A DNA stretch of 64,000 bases from a virus. How positions within the stretch are numbered: position 1 is the stretch's first letter; every line of letters starts with the position of its first letter. Position numbers and translations under genes: made by a program. The DNA is taken from positions 114,984 through 178,983 of the IMG/VR virus record IMGVR_UViG_3300046170_000494. One strand, given 5' to 3'. This document shows positions 47,930-56,262 of this stretch, in pieces. The notes under the pieces were generated by a model. It worked only from the letters and a program-made list of their open reading frames with translations. It did not search any database and was not told the origin of the DNA.

Positions 47930-48896
47930 AGCATATAAATATTCAGATATTGTACTTATTCCTGAGTACAGTGAATGCTCAAGCAGATCAGAATGCGAGA
48001 CAGGTGCTGAACTTTGTGGTTTCAAATTCAAACTACCAACTATTCCTGCGAATATGCAATCTGTTATTAACATGAGTTTGGCAAAATGGATGAGCGAGAA
48101 TGATTATTTTTATGTGATGCATAGATTTCACAATGATCTCGCGGAAAATATCGCAATCGCAAATAGCGAAAAATGGAATATTATATCTTTTAGCGTTGGA
48201 GTTCAAGACTCAGACAAAGATAAAATCCATAAAGTAAAACAACGAAAGCATAGAATTGATTTTCTAACAATAGATATTGCTCATGGTCATTCAAAAAATA
48301 TGATTGACATGATTGAATTTATTAGAAAAGAACTACCTAGTACAAAAATTATTGCGGGAAATGTAGCTACAAAACAAGCTGTCATTGATTTAGCTACAGC
48401 TGGAGCAGATGTGGTAAAAGTAGGAATAGGTCAAGGCTCTCCCTGTACAACAAAAGATAAAACTGGATTCACACTACCTATGTTCACTTGTGTCAAAACA
48501 TGCGCTAATGCTTACATAGGTAAAGATGAAAATAATTTAAAAGAAGTCCCCATTATTGCAGATGGAGGCATAGGATGCAACGGAGATATCACTAAAGCTT
48601 TAGTTGCTGGAGCTAAAATGGTTATGGCGGGAGGACTATTCGCTAGTTGCGTTGATAGTCCCGCAACAATAGTAGAAATTAATGGAGAGTTTCATAAAGC
48701 TTATTTCGGTTCCGCAAGTTATGAAAATAAGAGGCATCGAAATCATATCGAAGGTAAATTAAATAAAATAAAAAATAATGGTATGACATACGAGCAAAAA
48801 CTTAAAGAAATTAAACAAGATTTACAAAGCTCAATCTCTTATGCAGGTGGTCGAGATGTGAGCGTTTTACAAAAAACTAAATATTTATATCAATAA
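47922..48896 (+). CDS. guaC: GMP reductase
   Basis: IPANM, MHRF, TIDIAHGH, IAGNVAT, KVGIGQGSPCTTKDKTGF, IIADGGI and YFGSAS; no CBS domains; start MDKAY at 47922. Confidence 0.85.
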   Translation: MDKAYKYSDIVLIPEYSECSSRSECETGAELCGFKFKLPTIPANMQSVINMSLAKWMSENDYFYVMHRFHNDLAENIAIANSEKWNIISFSVGVQDSDKDKIHKVKQRKHRIDFLTIDIAHGHSKNMIDMIEFIRKELPSTKIIAGNVATKQAVIDLATAGADVVKVGIGQGSPCTTKDKTGFTLPMFTCVKTCANAYIGKDENNLKEVPIIADGGIGCNGDITKALVAGAKMVMAGGLFASCVDSPATIVEINGEFHKAYFGSASYENKRHRNHIEGKLNKIKNNGMTYEQKLKEIKQDLQSSISYAGGRDVSVLQKTKYLYQ

Positions 48897-48899
48897 CAC

Positions 48900-48928
48900 T
48901 TGACATTTACATTTTTTTATACTATAAT
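48900..48928 (+). promoter_or_regulatory. Consensus sigma70 promoter TTGACA-17-TATAAT
   Basis: Exact consensus; 6 nt to ATG 48935. Confidence 0.88.
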
Positions 48929-48934
48929 CAGTAC

Positions 48935-49111
48935 ATGAATAGCAAAGCAGCAAAAACAATTAGGGGTATATTAAACTTTAATCCGAATGCCTCGGATGAA
49001 ACCAGCAAAAGAGTATATTCTCGAGCAAAAAAACAATACAATAAGCTAAGTAAGAAAGCTAAACCTTTATTCTTACAAGAATTACAAAATTTATACAATA
49101 AGCAAAATTAA
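48935..49111 (+). CDS. 58-aa basic protein (not in the ORF track)
   Basis: MNSKAAKTIRGILNF...KRVYSRAKKQYNKL; directly behind a consensus promoter. Confidence 0.65.
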   Translation: MNSKAAKTIRGILNFNPNASDETSKRVYSRAKKQYNKLSKKAKPLFLQELQNLYNKQN

Positions 49112-49113
49112 TT

Positions 49114-49452
49114 ATGGAAAATCAAACACAAGAAAAACAAGATTCAAAGTGGCGCAACAGAGAGCTTGGAGCTCTTTGGGTAAGAAGCGGAAAAAACCAG
49201 AAGTATCTTTCTGGAACTATTAATATCGAAACAATGCCAGGAGTAACAGAAGCTTTAAAAGTTGTTGTTTTCACCAATAAAGGTAGAGATAAGAATGAAA
49301 AAGCTCCTGATTATGTCATTTATAGATCAGAAGATCAGCAACAGCAACAGTCTCCAGACGTGGCTAAAGTCGCAGAGGCTGCAACTGAAGAAGTTAAATC
49401 TTCTAAGGCTAGTGTATCTAATGACGAGGACATTCCTGAAGAATTGTTCTAA
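49114..49452 (+). CDS. DUF736-like, putative ssDNA-binding protein with acidic tail
   Basis: ELGALW..SG..KYLSG.I...APDY pattern; ends DEDIPEELF. Confidence 0.55.
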   Translation: MENQTQEKQDSKWRNRELGALWVRSGKNQKYLSGTINIETMPGVTEALKVVVFTNKGRDKNEKAPDYVIYRSEDQQQQQSPDVAKVAEAATEEVKSSKASVSNDEDIPEELF

Positions 49453-49470
49453 TTGATCTTTGAAAATTAT

Positions 49471-49837
49471 GGGCGTATACTGGATTCGATTTAAATTGAA
49501 TTTGTATACTGCAAGTAGGAGTGTGTCTGGCTCCTAAATAAGGCACAAATCATTACATGGCAAAAATCTTAGTCGTGTCGAAAGCTTCGCTCCAAAAAGC
49601 GAAGTTTTCGCTTTGGCAGCATAACGTCTGTCACCTCGCAACTTTTGACGCAGATAGAAAGATTGCGAGGTCATCAATCTGCAAAACAGATAAAAGTTTT
49701 CCTGTATCACAAACTGTAAATAATTGAAACAAGAAGTTGGATGTTAATATCATAACTTTAAAAAAAATTAACTAAACTTGTAGATGTATATCTCTGAAAA
49801 TTTAAAGACGCGGGTTCAACTCCCGCTACGTCCACCA
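49471..49837 (+). ncRNA. ssrA: tmRNA (one-piece), tag (A)GKNLSRVESFAPKSEVFALAA*
   Basis: Acceptor stem GGGCGTA/TACGTCC with G3-U70 pair, discriminator A and encoded CCA; GGATTCGA D-loop; T-arm GCGGG-TTCAACT-CCCGC; pk1 AGGAG/CTCCT plus GTGTCT/AGGCAC; tag ORF 49559-49624. Confidence 0.95.
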
Positions 49838-49844
49838 ATTTAAA

Positions 49845-50123
49845 ATGAATTTATTAAATAAAATAACAAAAGTATTTTCTAAACCTAAGAAAGAACATGA
49901 GACTCCAATCATTGATTTTATCATAGATAAGATCACCAACTGTGAAGAAAAGCCGGAGTCAGTAGATGAACAAGAATGGAAATCTATCAAAAAAAGTATG
50001 CTTTTTGCATTTCGAGCAAAAAAAAGAAAACTACCATTAATATCAAAAGGAAGAAGAAACGCTGAATTAATCAAAACCAAACAAGGCTTCGAGCTTTTTG
50101 AGGTCTACATAAAACATTTATAA
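49845..50123 (+). CDS. Hypothetical protein
   Basis: ORF track; starts 7 nt after the tmRNA CCA. Confidence 0.6.
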   Translation: MNLLNKITKVFSKPKKEHETPIIDFIIDKITNCEEKPESVDEQEWKSIKKSMLFAFRAKKRKLPLISKGRRNAELIKTKQGFELFEVYIKHL

Positions 50124-50125
50124 TT

Positions 50126-50299
50126 ATGAACAAAGAAAACGAAGACGAAGATGAAATTTTTTTTGAGCCAGACGAAGCGCTCATTTTAGCTCTTAATGAA
50201 GTAAATGATCTCAGAGAGCTCATGGAAAACCAAGACTCTGAAATCGAAAAATTAAAGAAAGAGCTCCTTTCACTAAAGAAATACATCAAAAAGTCTTGA
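50126..50299 (+). CDS. 57-aa acidic coiled-coil protein (not in the ORF track)
   Basis: MNKENEDEDEIFF...EIEKLKKELLSLKKYIKKS; fills the gap; its TGA lies within the next -35 box. Confidence 0.6.
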   Translation: MNKENEDEDEIFFEPDEALILALNEVNDLRELMENQDSEIEKLKKELLSLKKYIKKS

Positions 50300-50324
50300 C
50301 ATAGTAAAGATTTTATGGCATAAT
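50296..50324 (+). promoter_or_regulatory. sigma70-like promoter TTGACA-17-CATAAT
   Basis: Read directly; 8 nt to ATG 50333. Confidence 0.75.
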
Positions 50325-50332
50325 AATGTCAT

Positions 50333-50602
50333 ATGAAAAAAATCTCATTAAACAAAGATGGTACTCCCCGCAAACGCCGAAATTCAGGCAAAGGCGGTCA
50401 CGCTATTGTTTCCTTGTCTGTTGACGAGATATTAAATCTCGCATCACAAGAAGTTACCTCTATTCCAGTTAGCGAAAGTTGGGTTAAAGGCAGACTATAC
50501 GCTAATTATTTAGCTAATAAAAAAGTCAGTAATGACTTTAGTGAACTACAGTCAGCAGAGGACAAAATTGAATATGCGTTAACATCTTTTGATAATGAAT
50601 AA
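50333..50602 (+). CDS. Small protein with basic AT-hook-like N-terminus (putative DNA binding)
   Basis: KDGTPRKRRNSGKGG. Confidence 0.5.
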   Translation: MKKISLNKDGTPRKRRNSGKGGHAIVSLSVDEILNLASQEVTSIPVSESWVKGRLYANYLANKKVSNDFSELQSAEDKIEYALTSFDNE

Positions 50603-51521
50603 TTATTTTTCACATTTAATAGGTCAGGAAAACGTTAAGAAAAAACTTAACTTTTACCTCAAAGCTTATCATGCAACAAGCGTATGCCCGTTTCTGAATT
50701 TAGTAGGAGCTAAAGGATTGGGTAAGACTTTGTTTGCAAAAGAATTTGCAAAAAACCTTCATAATCAAGATGGTTCTAAAAGACCATTTCTTGAGTTAAA
50801 TTGTTCAACAATCAAGAATAACGCGCAGTTTTTCGAGCAGATTTTTATTCCTATAATCATGAATAACGAGATTACAATCTTGTTTGATGAAGCTCACGCC
50901 TTACCTAAAGATTTGACTATGGCATTTCTTACTATTTTCAATACGGAGAAAACTAACACGAAAGAATTTGTATATGATGATCAAACTTTTACATTTGACT
51001 TTTCAAAGCAAACTTTCATTTTTGCTACAACCGAAAGCGATAAGTTATTCCCGCCACTAAAAGATAGGCTTAGTACAGTTGATTTTGAGCAGTACTCTTC
51101 CGAAAACCTATCAGACATCATCAAATTAAATTGCGATGGAATTAATTTCACAAAAGACGCGCTAGACGCTTTGTCATTAACTGTTCGAGGTAACGCTAGG
51201 AATGCAGTTATGAGGTCTAAAGAAATCGTGTTATATTGCGAGTCAGAAAATAAAAACACATTTGATCTTAGTGACTACGCAAATCTTACGGATCTACTCG
51301 GTATTCTTCCGCATGGAATCACGTGTACAGAAAAGCAGATTCTAGAGATCCTTGCTGATAGAGGCAGCTGTAAGTTACAAACGTTATCAGCGGTTACGGG
51401 ACTCAGCCCTACATCTCTAAGAAGGGATCATGAGATATATCTCCTAAGAAAAAATTTCATACAAATCGACGGAGAAAGAAAAATCACCAATTTTGGTAAA
51501 AACTTAATTCAATCAATATAA
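50595..51521 (+). CDS. ruvB: RuvB-like Holliday junction branch-migration AAA+ ATPase
   Basis: LIGQENVK, Walker A GAKGLGKT, Walker B LFDEAH, FATTE, PLKDRL, RGNARNA and a C-terminal wHTH-like E.YLL..NFIQ; ATG 50595 preferred over TTG 50589. Confidence 0.8.
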   Translation: MNNYFSHLIGQENVKKKLNFYLKAYHATSVCPFLNLVGAKGLGKTLFAKEFAKNLHNQDGSKRPFLELNCSTIKNNAQFFEQIFIPIIMNNEITILFDEAHALPKDLTMAFLTIFNTEKTNTKEFVYDDQTFTFDFSKQTFIFATTESDKLFPPLKDRLSTVDFEQYSSENLSDIIKLNCDGINFTKDALDALSLTVRGNARNAVMRSKEIVLYCESENKNTFDLSDYANLTDLLGILPHGITCTEKQILEILADRGSCKLQTLSAVTGLSPTSLRRDHEIYLLRKNFIQIDGERKITNFGKNLIQSI

Positions 51522-51526
51522 TAATT

Positions 51527-51715
51527 ATGACAGAAAAAAAGACAGTATATGTAGTAACAAGAAATTCAAGGAGAGTAGAGGAAAACAACTATTCTTCTAA
51601 AGAAGATGCTGAAAATAGAGCAGAAAAGCTAGTTCAGGTTTTAAAAAAATGGAAAGATCCAGACCAAAAACGTGTAAGAGTTGTTGAAACAAACAATCCC
51701 TTAAGAATAAGATAG
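51527..51715 (+). CDS. Hypothetical protein
   Basis: ORF track; YVVTRNSRRVE..Y.SKEDAE. Confidence 0.6.
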   Translation: MTEKKTVYVVTRNSRRVEENNYSSKEDAENRAEKLVQVLKKWKDPDQKRVRVVETNNPLRIR

Positions 51716-52221
51716 TGTTACAGCAAAAATCTAGTTACAAAAATCTTTTTGAAGAATCAGCTTCTCACAGAGGGTACACCCCCAGAAAGAAAAATAGGGG
51801 AGACGAAAATTGCAAAAATGTCTCTCATATTTTAACAGGAAAAGGTAAAGAAGGAAAGCCTATCAAAATTAAAGTTGATTTAAAAAAAATCAAAAACAAA
51901 AAACAAGACCAAAATTGGCTATGGATTGAGTTTAAAAATGCAAGTGGGAGATCGGGCTGGATTCACGGAGATGCGCATTTTGTGGTTTTTGAAAGAAAGG
52001 AAGATTTTGTATTTGTAAATAGAAAAGAATTATTATCTTGGATAGGGGCATCTAATAAAATTAGATACGATTTACCATTTGTAACATTAGCTAAAAAAGC
52101 AAAGTACAGAATATATAAGAGAGCCGGAGAAAAAGATGAGATAACTCAGATTAAAGTTGATGACATAAAAGATTTAAAGTCATTCCAGATATGGAAAAAG
52201 CCCGATGGCAAATCAACCTGA
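51715..52221 (+). CDS. PD-(D/E)XK-fold nuclease-like protein
   Basis: VDLK...WLWIEFKN..G..GWIHG.A..VVFE, a pattern seen in phage PD-(D/E)XK proteins. Confidence 0.5.
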   Translation: MLQQKSSYKNLFEESASHRGYTPRKKNRGDENCKNVSHILTGKGKEGKPIKIKVDLKKIKNKKQDQNWLWIEFKNASGRSGWIHGDAHFVVFERKEDFVFVNRKELLSWIGASNKIRYDLPFVTLAKKAKYRIYKRAGEKDEITQIKVDDIKDLKSFQIWKKPDGKST

Positions 52222-52633
52222 ACTAGATAAAACTTATATAAAAATGGCGAGACAGTGGAGTTCTTTATCTAAAGCTAAGAGGCTCCAAGTTGGATGTTTA
52301 ATTGTTAAAGACGGATCAATTATATCCGATGGATATAATGGCACACCAAAAGGTTTCAACAACCAATGTGAAGACATAGACTATTTTAATCAACTTGTAA
52401 CTCGCAAGGAAGTTTTGCATGCAGAAAGTAATGCGATTACCAAATTAGCAAAGTCTACGCAATCTAGTTCCGGAGCAACAATGTATGTCACAACCTCACC
52501 TTGCATTGAATGCGCTAAGCTTATTATTCAATCAGATATCATTAGAGTTGTATATTCAGATTTTTATCGCAGTAATGCAGGTATAGATCTTTTAAAAAAA
52601 GCGGGAATAAAAGTAGAACAGCTACAAATTTAA
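52205..52633 (+). CDS. dCMP deaminase
   Basis: VGCLIV, GYNGTP, LHAESNAI and SPCIECAK. Confidence 0.92.
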   Translation: MANQPELDKTYIKMARQWSSLSKAKRLQVGCLIVKDGSIISDGYNGTPKGFNNQCEDIDYFNQLVTRKEVLHAESNAITKLAKSTQSSSGATMYVTTSPCIECAKLIIQSDIIRVVYSDFYRSNAGIDLLKKAGIKVEQLQI

Positions 52634-52646
52634 ATTATCATCTAAA

Positions 52647-53210
52647 ATGATAGAAGGTATCTCAATTATAATAATTTTGTTTTTGTGTTATTTCGTATAT
52701 AAATACAAACCGCAAGACGATTCCGAATTAAATGATTTAAGAAATGAAAATGAATTTTTAAAATTAAAATTAAATGAGAATAATCAAGAGTCAAAGCATA
52801 GAGAAGATAATTTAACAAAAATTATTAATGAATTGCAAACATCTATTCCTAAAGATAGAGAAGATTTTCAAAAGAGAAGTGATCTTCAGTCGCAGCAGAT
52901 TAAAGAGCTTCAGGAGAGGCTCGATAGCGAGACTGAGGCTCGTAAGAAAGTTCTTTCGCAGAAGAAGAGTGGGGAGGTCAGGCTTGGGCATATAGCGGAG
53001 ACCCTAGCCCCCTTCTTGGATCAATTTGAATTTGATCCAGAGAGATGTTCTTTTATGGGTAAACCGATTGACTATATATCATTTGGAGATGATGAGATAA
53101 CTTTTATAGAAGTAAAAAGCGGTAACGCACAATTAAATCAAAGACAAAGACAAATTAAACAACTAGTACAACAAAAAGCAATATCATGGAAGGAAGTCAG
53201 AATAAAGTAA
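52647..53210 (+). CDS. Endonuclease related to archaeal Holliday junction resolvase, with N-terminal TM and coiled coil
   Basis: GHIAETLAPFL, GKPIDYI, FIEVKSG and LNQRQRQIK. Confidence 0.8.
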   Translation: MIEGISIIIILFLCYFVYKYKPQDDSELNDLRNENEFLKLKLNENNQESKHREDNLTKIINELQTSIPKDREDFQKRSDLQSQQIKELQERLDSETEARKKVLSQKKSGEVRLGHIAETLAPFLDQFEFDPERCSFMGKPIDYISFGDDEITFIEVKSGNAQLNQRQRQIKQLVQQKAISWKEVRIK

Positions 53211-53626
53211 AAATTAAATTTAAAAAATTAAACAAACGCGCAGAAATTCCTTTTTATGCAAAGGATGGAGATGCAGGAATGGATTTAGTCGCAACCACTC
53301 TTGTTCGAACAAGCAAGTTTTTTGAATATGGAACAGATTTAGCAATGGAGATTCCTAAGGGTTATGTTGGTTTACTATTCCCAAGATCAAGTATTTCAAA
53401 AACAGATCATTTTTTGCGCAACTCCGTTGGAGTTATAGACTCTGGATATCGTGGAGAAATTAAACTACGTATGAGCATTCCTGCTTTAGGTGAAACTGAA
53501 TATTTAATAGGAGACAAAGTTGGTCAATTAATTCTAATGAAACTTCCTTGGGTAGAGATCGAAGAAGTAGACGAATTGTCGGAAACTGATCGAGGCGAAG
53601 GTGGATTCGGAAGTACAGGAAGTTAA
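53186..53626 (+). CDS. dut: Trimeric dUTPase
   Basis: AGMDL, PRSS, GVIDSGYRGEI, GQL and RGEGGFGSTG. Confidence 0.95.
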   Translation: MEGSQNKVKIKFKKLNKRAEIPFYAKDGDAGMDLVATTLVRTSKFFEYGTDLAMEIPKGYVGLLFPRSSISKTDHFLRNSVGVIDSGYRGEIKLRMSIPALGETEYLIGDKVGQLILMKLPWVEIEEVDELSETDRGEGGFGSTGS

Positions 53627-53635
53627 AATTAAGTC

Positions 53636-53664
53636 TTGACATAAAACCCAATATATGAGATAAT
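53636..53664 (+). promoter_or_regulatory. sigma70-like promoter TTGACA-17-GATAAT with extended -10
   Basis: Read directly; 6 nt to ATG 53671. Confidence 0.8.
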
Positions 53665-53670
53665 ACTAGC

Positions 53671-53919
53671 ATGTTCAATATTAAATCAAAGTTAAAAAAC
53701 AAAGTTATGAAAAATCAAGATCAACGTTATTTCGTAGTATATAAAAATGCAGAAGATGAGGTCAAGACCTATGAAATTGGTCGCCCTCAATTAACAGAGT
53801 CCTTTGGAAACAAAGAAGAAGAAAGAAACAATATTGGATTTAAAGCTTATTGCTTTGGTCGTCAAGAAGTACGCTCTTTTCGTCATGACAGAATTGTTTC
53901 ATTGACTCGCGCTTCGTGA
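53671..53919 (+). CDS. Small stand-alone WYL-like (SH3-fold) protein
   Basis: AYCFGRQEVRSFRHDRI resembles the WYL signature AYC..R...R.FR.DRI. Confidence 0.5.
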   Translation: MFNIKSKLKNKVMKNQDQRYFVVYKNAEDEVKTYEIGRPQLTESFGNKEEERNNIGFKAYCFGRQEVRSFRHDRIVSLTRAS

Positions 53920-54122
53920 GAGCGAGAATAATTGATTATTCTCTTAATAAATTTTGCCCATTATTGATTATAGGATTCTTGCTTTTTTATAATTTCGGTT
54001 ATGCAAAGTTTGAACCCTATGTCATTATGGGCTTAATTTTTTTTATTGAGAGATTTAATTTCAAAGTTGGTTATGCAGTAGCTTATTGCGAAAGTATGGG
54101 AATAAACCTAGAAGATGAATAA
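53916..54122 (+). CDS. Small membrane protein
   Basis: Two short hydrophobic segments; overlaps the upstream stop. Confidence 0.55.
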   Translation: MRARIIDYSLNKFCPLLIIGFLLFYNFGYAKFEPYVIMGLIFFIERFNFKVGYAVAYCESMGINLEDE

Positions 54123-54288
54123 AGAAGAAAGAGATAGATTAAAACAAGAAGTATATGCTTTATGGTATCACGAAGAAGATCAAGCAAAAAAAATAACATT
54201 TCAAAAAATTCTAGATTTGTTAGATTTTGCAGATGAAGTAAGATCTCGACTTAAAGCGGTAGAAGCATTATTTCAAGAAATAGTTTGA
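54115..54288 (+). CDS. 57-aa hypothetical protein (not in the ORF track)
   Basis: MNKEERDRLKQEVYALWYHEED...; fills the gap with overlaps at both ends. Confidence 0.6.
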   Translation: MNKEERDRLKQEVYALWYHEEDQAKKITFQKILDLLDFADEVRSRLKAVEALFQEIV

Positions 54289-54467
54289 AATTATCAGATC
54301 AAGATAAATTCTTCTTTTTGAAGTGCGCAGAAGAGCTGGCTGAGCTTTCTGTCGAATTATTACAGGCAGTCAATAAACCCAGAAAAAACAATCATAAAAA
54401 AATTCTACTTGAGATACAAGATGCAGAAAAGTATTTTAAAGAAATTAAAGCTATATTAAAAGTGTAA
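54285..54467 (+). CDS. Minimal MazG-like (all-alpha NTP pyrophosphohydrolase) protein
   Basis: KCAEELAEL...LLEIQD EExxE..ExxD pattern. Confidence 0.45.
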   Translation: MKLSDQDKFFFLKCAEELAELSVELLQAVNKPRKNNHKKILLEIQDAEKYFKEIKAILKV

Positions 54468-54475
54468 CATATTAT

Positions 54476-54703
54476 GTGCGCACTTTTTGCTTTTTGCTGA
54501 TATTCAGTAGTTGTGTTCATACCCACAACCCGCAACCATATGATACAATTTTTAAAGATGAATTAAAAAACTGGGAACTGGTTTATGAGCACGAACTAAA
54601 AGTTGCTATAGAAAACGAAGATATCGCAGCTTTTTATTTTTTTTGGCCAGAATACCTTAAAGAGATAGAAAAAAGAAAGCTTAATAGTGTAATTCAAAAA
54701 TAA
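54476..54703 (+). CDS. Small lipoprotein
   Basis: Short signal with lipobox-like FSSC; GTG start 14 nt after a GTGTA motif. Confidence 0.5.
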   Translation: MRTFCFLLIFSSCVHTHNPQPYDTIFKDELKNWELVYEHELKVAIENEDIAAFYFFWPEYLKEIEKRKLNSVIQK

Positions 54704-56262
54704 TGAATTTTAAAATATTTTTTATTTGTCACGAAGAATCTAATTCGTATAAAGATGCGTTTAATTTATTTGATTTGCTACCAGATGAGATTAAAAATTC
54801 TTTAGAAGAAGTAGAACTAATTGACACTCTTAATGTAGTTGATTTAACTCATAATTCATTGCAGAATATTACCCCAATAAGCAAAGAACAATCTATTTCT
54901 TTTTCAACAAATCCTCAACTTATTGGATTATGTCAAACCCACATAAATATATGGCGCAAAGTCGCAGAGCAAGAGCTTGATTTTTGCTTTGTTATTGAAG
55001 ATAATGTCAATTTTTCCGACTTCTTAACGCTTTTACTTTCCAATCCAGATATTCCAGAAAAATTAGATTTTGTAAATTTCACTTCAACAGATTTCTTATC
55101 CTCCGCTTGCTATTACATTTCAAATCGAGGTGCAAAAAAACTCATATCAATTCATGAAGACCCAAAATTACTTAATTTGGACATTTTTTACGAAAATAAT
55201 TTTACTAAAAATTCAATTAAATGTGAGCATCTTAAATTTATAGAATATTGTACTCTTGAAAAAGTAGGCTTCCATTATAGAATAAATTTCATCAACAAAG
55301 ATCTGATAAGATATCACCCAAAAAATTATAAAAAAATAGAAGATAATTTTGAATTTTGGAAAAAAGACTTAAGCATTACCTCTTGCATCTGTACTTATGG
55401 CAATTATGAATCCTGCAGAGAAACTCTTTTATCATTAATACAACAAACTATATCAGATGATAAAAATAAAATTTTTATTATAGATAATTTTCCCATAAAT
55501 CAAATCGATGGTGAGAGATTAGAGCATTTTAAAAAGTTAAAGTCTCTTTGCGATTTATATGATCACTGCGAGTATATTCACACCCCAACATCTGGGTTGT
55601 CCGAGTCTCGTAATATAGCTATAGATAAATGCACAACTGACTTAATTTTTTACATAGACGATGATGCGATAGCAAATTTTGACTTACTTGAGAATTTTAA
55701 ATCTAAATTTTTAAAATTCCAGAATCTTGCGGTTTGCGGTGGAAAAGTTGTCCCCAAGTGGATCAGCGAAAGACCTGACTGGCTAAACGATAATTTACTT
55801 AAGTTTTTATCAATACAAAATTCCGATTCAAAAAATGTCATTCTTACGGAAGAATCTGAGGAATATATAGTCGGAACAAATATGTGCTTTCGCACCCCTA
55901 TTCTCAAAAAATCTGGAGGGTTTAATGTCGCATTAGGAAGGCGAGGTCAAATTTTAATGAGCGGAGAAGAAGATGAATTATTTTCTAGACTAAAACAAAA
56001 TTATACATGTGTTTACAGCTCAGATTGCTTGGTTTACCATAAAATATTTCCAGCAAGACTTGAAGAACATTGGTTTATAAAACGATGTGCTTGGCAATTA
56101 ATTTCTAACAAATTTATCTTAGGACAAAAACACTCCTACCCAGAAGAGTTAGAGATTTTTCTCAACCAAAACAAAGATAAACTATTTGCAAAAAATCTAG
56201 ATTCTAAAAGTTTTTCAGATAAATTAAGCTATATTCAATTACTGTTAGAATATCTTTTATAA
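54703..56262 (+). CDS. Two-domain glycosyltransferase (GT25-like plus GT2)
   Basis: GLCQTH..W..FVIED N-domain; ICTY, GLSESRNIA, YIDDDA, GTNMCFR and GEEDEL GT2 domain. Confidence 0.8.
   Translation: MNFKIFFICHEESNSYKDAFNLFDLLPDEIKNSLEEVELIDTLNVVDLTHNSLQNITPISKEQSISFSTNPQLIGLCQTHINIWRKVAEQELDFCFVIEDNVNFSDFLTLLLSNPDIPEKLDFVNFTSTDFLSSACYYISNRGAKKLISIHEDPKLLNLDIFYENNFTKNSIKCEHLKFIEYCTLEKVGFHYRINFINKDLIRYHPKNYKKIEDNFEFWKKDLSITSCICTYGNYESCRETLLSLIQQTISDDKNKIFIIDNFPINQIDGERLEHFKKLKSLCDLYDHCEYIHTPTSGLSESRNIAIDKCTTDLIFYIDDDAIANFDLLENFKSKFLKFQNLAVCGGKVVPKWISERPDWLNDNLLKFLSIQNSDSKNVILTEESEEYIVGTNMCFRTPILKKSGGFNVALGRRGQILMSGEEDELFSRLKQNYTCVYSSDCLVYHKIFPARLEEHWFIKRCAWQLISNKFILGQKHSYPEELEIFLNQNKDKLFAKNLDSKSFSDKLSYIQLLLEYLL

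Noticed and set aside
54476-54703. Lipoprotein as an o-spanin of a lysis cassette
   Set aside because: No adjacent i-spanin, holin or endolysin is recognisable
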